From sequence record ON528738: a DNA stretch of 64,000 bases. One strand, 5' to 3'. The position numbers were made by a program, and so were the translations under genes. Below the pieces are notes generated by a model. That model was given only the letters and a program-made list of their open reading frames with translations. It was not told where the DNA came from and did no database searches. Of this stretch, positions 57,704-64,000 are shown one piece after another; position 1 is the stretch's first letter, and every line of letters starts with the position of its first letter. Origin of the DNA: Shigella phage ESh28.

Positions 57704-58192
57704 ATGATTATTAATATTGGTGAAATTGCTCGTGTATCTGATAAATCCTGCTCTAAAGCAGCAGGAAAATTGGTCGAAATTGTAAGCATTCAGCTTAAAC
57801 ACGGTGTTAAAGATGAAGATTCTGAAGTAAAAGTGCGTATCATTCCTAAAGATGGAAAGTCTAAACCTCAGTTTGGCTATGTTCGTGCGAAATTTCTTGA
57901 ATCTGCGTTTTTGAAAGCTGTTCCCGCTAAAGGAATTGAAACGATTGATACTTCGCATGTAGGTGTAGACTTTAAGTGGAAACTCGGTCAAGCTATTAAG
58001 TTCATTGCTCCTTGTGAATTTAAATTTATCAAAGATGATGGAAAGGCTGCTTATACTCGCGCTATGTGTGGATACATTACCGATCAATGGGTAGAAGATG
58101 GCGTTAAGTTGTACAACGTGGTATTTTTAGGAACATACAAAGTCATTCCTGAAAGTTGGATTAAACACTATAGCAATGCTCTCTATGCATAA
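57704..58192 (+). CDS. MotB-like protein (positional and size match to T4 MotB)
   Basis: 162 aa; CGYITDQWVEDGVKLYNVV. Confidence 0.45.
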   Translation: MIINIGEIARVSDKSCSKAAGKLVEIVSIQLKHGVKDEDSEVKVRIIPKDGKSKPQFGYVRAKFLESAFLKAVPAKGIETIDTSHVGVDFKWKLGQAIKFIAPCEFKFIKDDGKAAYTRAMCGYITDQWVEDGVKLYNVVFLGTYKVIPESWIKHYSNALYA

Positions 58193-58207
58193 AGTTTAAA
58201 ATTTTTT

Positions 58208-58262
58208 CATAAAACTATATACATCAGTAGTTGATTATGGTACTATATCAATATCAACTACT
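58208..58262 (+). promoter_or_regulatory. promoter stem-loop cassette (PeSL-like)
   Basis: Perfect 11-bp inverted repeat CAGTAGTTGAT / ATCAACTACTG flanking TATGGTACTATAT; followed by GGAGAATAAAATG. Confidence 0.5.
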
Positions 58263-58364
58263 GATATAGAAAACAACTTGGAGAATAAAATGGATAATTC
58301 GTTAAAGGTGCTGATACTCTTCTGAAACGCATCGCTCCAATGTTCAATTAATGAGGAAATTGTA

Positions 58365-58580
58365 ATGAAACGTAAAATTGTTCAGAACTGCACTAATGAC
58401 GAATTTGAAGATGTATTATTTGATCCAGATTTGGTAGTAGTTCAAAAGGAACATACTAGCAAGTTTACTCACTTGACTTCTGTTTATGTGTATGAGAAAG
58501 TCGGTGATAAACAGCCAATTTACGGTGTATTTCGTGAAATTACTGAAGACGGCACAACTTACTGGAAGGAAATTTATTAA
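58365..58580 (+). CDS. hypothetical small protein
   Basis: Tracked ORF; GAGGAAATTGTAATG. Confidence 0.45.
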   Translation: MKRKIVQNCTNDEFEDVLFDPDLVVVQKEHTSKFTHLTSVYVYEKVGDKQPIYGVFREITEDGTTYWKEIY

Positions 58581-58984
58581 TGGCTATTAAATTTGAAGTT
58601 AATAAATGGTATCAATTTAAAAATAAACAAGCTCAAGAAAATTTTATTAAAGACCATATTGATAACGGAATCTATGCACGACGTTTAGGTATGGAGCCTT
58701 TTAAAATTTTAGATGTTGACTATTACGGGCGTCCTACTAAAATTGTGACATCCACAGGTGTACTTAAACGTTGTGCCGGCGCTGATATCCTTGACGAAAA
58801 CTTTATCTGGCTCTCTACTAACGAAGCTGAGTTCTTTAATGAAGTGGAAAATCCATACCAAGCTTCTGAAGAGCAAGAACAGATAGAAGATTTCACAGAA
58901 TTCCCGGTCATGAAAGTTACTATCGAAAATAACGACCAGGCATGGTCCTTGTATCAGATGTTGAAAGCTCACTTTAAGGAATAA
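58580..58984 (+). CDS. hypothetical protein
   Basis: Tracked ORF, ATGG overlap. Confidence 0.45.
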   Translation: MAIKFEVNKWYQFKNKQAQENFIKDHIDNGIYARRLGMEPFKILDVDYYGRPTKIVTSTGVLKRCAGADILDENFIWLSTNEAEFFNEVENPYQASEEQEQIEDFTEFPVMKVTIENNDQAWSLYQMLKAHFKE

Positions 58985-58986
58985 TT

Positions 58987-59163
58987 ATGCCAATGTATGA
59001 TTATAAATGCCAATCCGAAGATTGCGGGCATGAATATGAAAAAATTAAAAAGATTTCTGAACGAGAAAATGATGTTTGCCCTAAATGTCATCGTTTGTCT
59101 ACTCGTCGGCCTTCTGCTCCTAAGCATGTGAATGGTGGTTTTTACGACTTACTTAAAGGGTGA
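58987..59163 (+). CDS. small zinc-ribbon protein (58 aa)
   Basis: CQSEDCGH ... CPKCH four-Cys ribbon; untracked. Confidence 0.4.
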   Translation: MPMYDYKCQSEDCGHEYEKIKKISERENDVCPKCHRLSTRRPSAPKHVNGGFYDLLKG

Positions 59164-59165
59164 TT

Positions 59166-59537
59166 ATGTTTAAAATCGGTAAGAAATATCGTATTCGCGA
59201 AGGCGAAGAAAAGAAATATCTAATGTCTGCTATTTATAGGAATGGTTCTATTAATGCTGTAATATCTACAAGCGAATTTATCGTTGAAGATATGAAAGGT
59301 AATAATGTTACAATGATTAGTACAGCATCTGGAAATGATGGAAAAATTCTTCACAGTTTTCAGAGTAATGTTCTAATTTATGATGAAGAATTTGACTTCT
59401 TCGAAGAAGTTCCTGAAGATTTTGATTTTGAATGCACCATCACTATGAAATCTGGTGACCCTCTTTCATTTACGGTTAAAGATGAAAGAAGTCGCTTGAG
59501 AATTATTAGTCTTCTTCAAGCCATTAAATTTGAGTGA
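59166..59537 (+). CDS. hypothetical protein
   Basis: ATG after GGGTGATT; tracked ORF starts at GTG. Confidence 0.45.
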   Translation: MFKIGKKYRIREGEEKKYLMSAIYRNGSINAVISTSEFIVEDMKGNNVTMISTASGNDGKILHSFQSNVLIYDEEFDFFEEVPEDFDFECTITMKSGDPLSFTVKDERSRLRIISLLQAIKFE

Positions 59538-59541
59538 AATT

Positions 59542-59802
59542 ATGAAATATGTTAATCGTTCTATCGCGGCATTAGTATTAGCAGTATCTTTAGTAGGATG
59601 TACTGATGCTGATAATGCAACCAAAGTTTTGTCTTCAAGTGGTTTTACTAATATTGAAATCACTGGATATAATTGGTTCGGTTGCTCTGAAAATGATTTC
59701 CAGCATACTGGATTTCGTGCTATTGGACCTACCGGGCAGAAAGTAGAAGGAACAGTATGTTCTGGTCTATTCTTCAAGGATTCGACTATCCGTTTTAAAT
59801 AA
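59542..59802 (+). CDS. predicted lipoprotein
   Basis: Signal peptide with lipobox LVGC. Confidence 0.5.
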   Translation: MKYVNRSIAALVLAVSLVGCTDADNATKVLSSSGFTNIEITGYNWFGCSENDFQHTGFRAIGPTGQKVEGTVCSGLFFKDSTIRFK

Positions 59803-59820
59803 AAGGCCTTCGGGCCTTTA
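59802..59820 (+). terminator. rho-independent terminator
   Basis: AAGGCC-TTCG-GGCCTT hairpin. Confidence 0.7.
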
Positions 59821-59871
59821 GCTTTATGATTACCGGAGTATAATATTCCCGAAACCAAACGAGGATAAGTG

Positions 59872-61689
59872 ATGATTAAGAATGAAATTAAAATTCTGAG
59901 CGATATTGAACATATCAAAAAGCGTAGCGGCATGTACATTGGTTCTTCTGCTAATGAAATGCATGAGCGCTTTCTGTTTGGTAAATGGGAAAGTGTTCAG
60001 TATGTACCTGGTCTTGTTAAGCTTATTGATGAAATTATCGATAACTCAGTAGATGAAGGTATTCGTACTAAGTTTAAATTCGCAAATAAAATTAATGTTA
60101 CTATTAAAAACAATCAAGTAACAGTTGAAGATAACGGTCGTGGTATTCCGCAAGCGATGGTTAAAACACCTACCGGTGAAGAAATTCCTGGTCCTGTTGC
60201 TGCCTGGACTATTCCAAAAGCAGGTGGTAACTTCGGTGATGATAAAGAACGCGTCACTGGTGGTATGAATGGTGTTGGTTCTAGTTTGACAAATATTTTT
60301 TCTGTGATGTTTGTCGGTGAAACTGGCGACGGTCAAAATAATATTGTAGTTCGTTGTTCAAATGGCATGGAAAATAAATCGTGGGAAGATATTCCTGGAA
60401 AATGGAAAGGAACTCGCGTTACTTTCATTCCTGATTTTATGTCATTTGAAACTAATGAGCTATCTCAAGTTTATCTTGACATTACGCTAGATCGTCTTCA
60501 GACACTTGCAGTAGTTTATCCTGATATTCAATTTACCTTTAATGGTAAAAAGGTTCAGGGTAATTTTAAGAAATACGCACGCCAATATGATGAGCATGCT
60601 ATCGTTCAAGAACAAGAAAACTGTTCTATTGCGGTTGGTCGTTCACCGGATGGTTTTCGTCAATTAACATACGTCAATAACATTCATACTAAGAATGGTG
60701 GCCATCACATTGACTGTGTTATGGATGATATTTGTGAAGACCTTATTCCACAAATCAAACGTAAATTTAAAATTGACGTAACTAAAGCACGTGTTAAAGA
60801 ATGTTTGACTATCGTTATGTTTGTTCGTGATATGAAAAACATGCGATTTGACTCTCAAACTAAAGAGCGTCTGACTTCTCCATTTGGTGAAATCCGTAGT
60901 CATATTCAGCTTGATGCTAAAAAGATTTCACGTGCTATTTTAAATAATGAAGCGATTTTAATGCCAATTATTGAAGCTGCCTTGGCTCGTAAATTGGCGG
61001 CAGAAAAAGCAGCAGAAACTAAAGCAGCTAAAAAGGCTTCTAAAGCTAAGGTTCATAAACATATCAAAGCGAATCTTTGTGGTAAAGATGCTGACACTAC
61101 TCTTTTCTTGACTGAGGGTGATTCTGCTATCGGATATCTTATTGATGTTCGTGATAAAGAACTTCACGGTGGTTATCCATTGCGTGGTAAAGTTCTCAAC
61201 AGTTGGGGTATGTCATATGCTGATATGCTTAAAAACAAAGAACTGTTTGATATTTGCGCAATCACTGGATTAGTTCTTGGTGAAAAAGCTGAAAACTTGA
61301 ATTATCATAATATTGCTATTATGACTGATGCTGACCATGATGGTCTAGGAAGCATTTATCCTTCTCTGCTCGGATTTTTTAGTAATTGGCCAGAATTGTT
61401 TGAGCAAGGACGAATTCGCTTTGTCAAAACTCCTGTAATCATCGCTCAGGTCGGTAAAAAACAAGAATGGTTTTATACAGTCGCTGAATATGAGAGTGCT
61501 AAAGATGCTCTACCTAAACATAGCATCCGTTATATTAAGGGACTTGGCTCTTTGGAAAAATCTGAATATCGTGAGATGATTCAGAACCCAGTATATGATG
61601 TTGTTAAACTTCCTGAGAACTGGAAAGAGCTTTTTGAAATGCTCATGGGAGATAATGCTGACCTTCGCAAAGAATGGATGAGCCAGTAG
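59872..61689 (+). CDS. 39: DNA topoisomerase II large (ATPase, GyrB-like) subunit, single-ORF form
   Basis: 605 aa continuous ORF; T4 splits this into 39 plus 60 (with bypass), so this is the fused T2/T6-like form. Confidence 0.9.
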   Translation: MIKNEIKILSDIEHIKKRSGMYIGSSANEMHERFLFGKWESVQYVPGLVKLIDEIIDNSVDEGIRTKFKFANKINVTIKNNQVTVEDNGRGIPQAMVKTPTGEEIPGPVAAWTIPKAGGNFGDDKERVTGGMNGVGSSLTNIFSVMFVGETGDGQNNIVVRCSNGMENKSWEDIPGKWKGTRVTFIPDFMSFETNELSQVYLDITLDRLQTLAVVYPDIQFTFNGKKVQGNFKKYARQYDEHAIVQEQENCSIAVGRSPDGFRQLTYVNNIHTKNGGHHIDCVMDDICEDLIPQIKRKFKIDVTKARVKECLTIVMFVRDMKNMRFDSQTKERLTSPFGEIRSHIQLDAKKISRAILNNEAILMPIIEAALARKLAAEKAAETKAAKKASKAKVHKHIKANLCGKDADTTLFLTEGDSAIGYLIDVRDKELHGGYPLRGKVLNSWGMSYADMLKNKELFDICAITGLVLGEKAENLNYHNIAIMTDADHDGLGSIYPSLLGFFSNWPELFEQGRIRFVKTPVIIAQVGKKQEWFYTVAEYESAKDALPKHSIRYIKGLGSLEKSEYREMIQNPVYDVVKLPENWKELFEMLMGDNADLRKEWMSQ

Positions 61690-61718
61690 TTTACTTTACC
61701 ACAAGGATGTGGTATAAT
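61688..61718 (+). promoter_or_regulatory. T4-type early promoter (near-identical copy of 17790)
   Basis: AGTTTACTTTACCACAAGGATGTGGTATAAT. Confidence 0.6.
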
Positions 61719-61743
61719 TAATTGGGCAAATGAGGATATTAGA

Positions 61744-61947
61744 ATGAAATCATATAAAGTAAATTTAGAACTTTTTGATAAAGCAGTTCATCGAGAATAT
61801 AGAATCATTCAACGCTTTTTCGATATGGGAGAAGCCGAAGAATTTAAAAACCGCTTTAAAGATATTAGAGATAAAATTCAATCCGACACCGCAACTAAAG
61901 ATGAACTACTAGAAGTTGCTGAAGTTATTAAACGCAATATGAATTAA
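61744..61947 (+). CDS. hypothetical small protein (rIIA-upstream)
   Basis: Tracked ORF with GAGGATATTAGAATG. Confidence 0.45.
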   Translation: MKSYKVNLELFDKAVHREYRIIQRFFDMGEAEEFKNRFKDIRDKIQSDTATKDELLEVAEVIKRNMN

Positions 61948-61957
61948 TGAGGAAATT

Positions 61958-64000
61958 ATGATTATCACCACTGAAAAAGAAACAATTCTTGGTAATGGTT
62001 CTAAATCAAAAGCATTTAGCATCACAGCATCTCCTAAAGTATTTAAAATTCTGTCATCTGATTTGTATACAAACAAAATTCGCGCAGTAGTCCGTGAATT
62101 GATTACCAACATGATTGATGCCCATGCTCTCAATGGAAATCCTGAAAAATTTATCATTCAAGTTCCTGGACGTTTAGATCCACGATTTGTTTGCCGAGAT
62201 TTTGGTCCAGGTATGAGTGATTTTGATATTCAGGGTGATGATAATTCTCCTGGTTTGTATAATTCATACTTCAGTTCATCTAAGGCTGAATCTAACGATT
62301 TCATTGGCGGATTTGGTTTAGGTTCTAAATCTCCGTTTAGTTATACTGATACATTTAGTATTACTTCATATCATAAAGGCGAAATTCGTGGTTATGTAGC
62401 TTACATGGATGGTGATGGTCCGCAAATTAAACCTACATTCGTAAAAGAAATGGGTCCAGACGATAAAACTGGTATTGAAATCGTAGTTCCAGTTGAAGAA
62501 AAAGACTTTAGAAACTTTGCTTATGAAGTTTCTTATATCATGCGACCATTCAAAGATTTGGCTATCATTAATGGTCTTGACCGCGAAATTGATTATTTTC
62601 CGGATTTTGATGATTATTACGGTGTAAATCCAGAAAGATACTGGCCTGATCGCGGTGGATTATATGCTATCTATGGCGGTATTGTTTATCCTATTGATGG
62701 TGTTATTAGAGACCGCAACTGGTTAAGCATTCGCAATGAAGTGAATTACATTAAGTTTCCAATGGGTTCACTGGATATTGCTCCATCACGCGAAGCTCTT
62801 TCACTGGACGATCGCACTCGCAAAAATATTATTGAACGAGTTAAAGAACTCAGTGAGAAAGCATTTAATGAAGATGTAAAACGATTTAAAGAATCTACAT
62901 CTCCTCGTCACACATATCGTGAATTGATGAAGATGGGATATTCTGCTCGAGATTATATGATTAGTAATTCAGTCAAATTCACGACTAAAAATCTGTCATA
63001 TAAAAAGATGCAGAGCATGTTTGAACCTGATAGTAAGTTATGCAACGCGGGAGTTGTGTATGAAGTAAATCTTGACCCTCGACTGAAACGCATTAAGCAA
63101 AGCCATGAAACTTCAGCCGTTGCATCAAGTTATCGTCTGTTTGGTATTAATACAACAAAAATTAATATCGTTATTGATAATATTAAAAATCGTGTTAATA
63201 TTGTCCGCGGATTAGCACGAGCGTTAGATGATAGTGAATTTAATAACACTTTGAATATTCATCATAATGAGCGTCTTCTGTTTATTAATCCAGAAGTAGA
63301 ATCGCAGATTGATTTACTTCCTGATATTATGGCGATGTTTGAAAGTGATGAAGTTAACATTCATTATTTGTCAGAAATTGAAGCTTTAGTTAAAAGCTAT
63401 ATTCCAAAGGTAGTTAAAAGTAAAGCTCCTCGTCCTAAAGCTGCTACAGCATTTAAGTTTGAAATTAAAGACGGACGCTGGGAAAAAGAGGAACTATTTA
63501 CGCTCACATCAGAAGCAGATGAAATTACTGGTTATGTAGCGTATATGCATCGTTCTGATATTTTCTCTATGGATGGTACTACATCTCTTTGTCATCCATC
63601 TATGAATATTTTGATTCGTATGGCTAATCTTATTGGCATTAATGAATTTTATGTTATTCGTCCGCTTTTACAGAAAAAGGTAAAAGAACTCGGTCAGTGC
63701 CAATGTATTTTTGAAGCTTTGCGTGATTTATATGTAGATGCTTTTGATGATGTAGATTATGATAAGTACGTAGGTTATTCAAGTTCAGCTCAACGATATA
63801 TTGATAAAATTATCAAGTATCCTGAACTAGATTTTATGATGAAGTACTTCAGTGTAGATGAAGTTTCTGAAGAATATACACGACTCGCTAATATGGTTAG
63901 TTCATTACAGGGTGTATATTTTAATGGTGGAAAAGATACCATCGGTCATGACATCTGGACAGTAACTAATCTTTTTGATGTATTATCAAATAATGCTTCA
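61958..64000 (+). CDS. rIIA: rIIA membrane-associated protein, 3' end beyond window
   Basis: Open frame from ATG at 61958 to window end (hence absent from track); [57 protein letters not shown] matches T4 rIIA. Confidence 0.85.
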   Translation, partial: MIITTEKETILGNGSKSKAFSITASPKVFKILSSDLYTNKIRAVVRELITNMIDAHALNGNPEKFIIQVPGRLDPRFVCRDFGPGMSDFDIQGDDNSPGLYNSYFSSSKAESNDFIGGFGLGSKSPFSYTDTFSITSYHKGEIRGYVAYMDGDGPQIKPTFVKEMGPDDKTGIEIVVPVEEKDFRNFAYEVSYIMRPFKDLAIINGLDREIDYFPDFDDYYGVNPERYWPDRGGLYAIYGGIVYPIDGVIRDRNWLSIRNEVNYIKFPMGSLDIAPSREALSLDDRTRKNIIERVKELSEKAFNEDVKRFKESTSPRHTYRELMKMGYSARDYMISNSVKFTTKNLSYKKMQSMFEPDSKLCNAGVVYEVNLDPRLKRIKQSHETSAVASSYRLFGINTTKINIVIDNIKNRVNIVRGLARALDDSEFNNTLNIHHNERLLFINPEVESQIDLLPDIMAMFESDEVNIHYLSEIEALVKSYIPKVVKSKAPRPKAATAFKFEIKDGRWEKEELFTLTSEADEITGYVAYMHRSDIFSMDGTTSLCHPSMNILIRMANLIGINEFYVIRPLLQKKVKELGQCQCIFEALRDLYVDAFDDVDYDKYVGYSSSAQRYIDKIIKYPELDFMMKYFSVDEVSEEYTRLANMVSSLQGVYFNGGKDTIGHDIWTVTNLFDVLSNNAS

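Noticed and set aside
56983-58087. Three minus-strand ORFs of 128-151 aa across the MotB-like paralog region
   Set aside because: Low-complexity products, antisense to plus-strand genes that have promoters and SDs; no minus-strand signals found
59466-59939. 157-aa minus-strand ORF overlapping the lipoprotein gene and gene 39 start
   Set aside because: Crosses a plus-strand terminator and the gene 39 initiation region; no SD

Overview
This window is an AT-rich, almost entirely plus-strand block of a T-even (T4-like) Escherichia phage genome, shown as the reverse complement of the usual T4 map. It runs from the lysozyme (e) locus through the early/middle region to the start of rIIA. Confident calls (from recognisable protein sequence and motifs): nudE, e, denV, regB, tk, rI, nrdC, endonuclease VII (49), nrdD, nrdG, nrdH, gp55, alpha-glucosyltransferase, 47, 46, rpbA, 45, 44, 62, regA, 43, imm, 42, uvsX, 41, dmd, sp, 61, 56, soc, modB, modA, dda, dexA, a fused 39/60 topoisomerase subunit and rIIA (truncated at the window end). 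Between these sit many small early ORFs in cassettes bounded by T4-type early promoters (GTTTAC ... TATAAT) and GC hairpin terminators with TTCG loops. The phage is not T4 itself: lysozyme differs at a few residues, nrdD is uninterrupted, gene 39 is fused with 60, and the beta-gt slot holds a different glycosyltransferase (T2/T6-like). No tRNA, CRISPR, integrase or homing endonuclease was recognised. The best candidates for undescribed biology are: a nucleotidyltransferase-fold protein next to an AAA+ ATPase; a tandem family of five proteins with coiled-coil C termini; a macro-domain protein; capsid-targeting-sequence ORFs at two unusual positions; a 51-bp direct-repeat-flanked cassette; and a lone antisense membrane-protein gene between genes 61 and 56. 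All names rest on motif reading and recall of T4 proteins; no database search was run. Feature coordinates for promoters, terminators and hairpins are approximate (a few nt).
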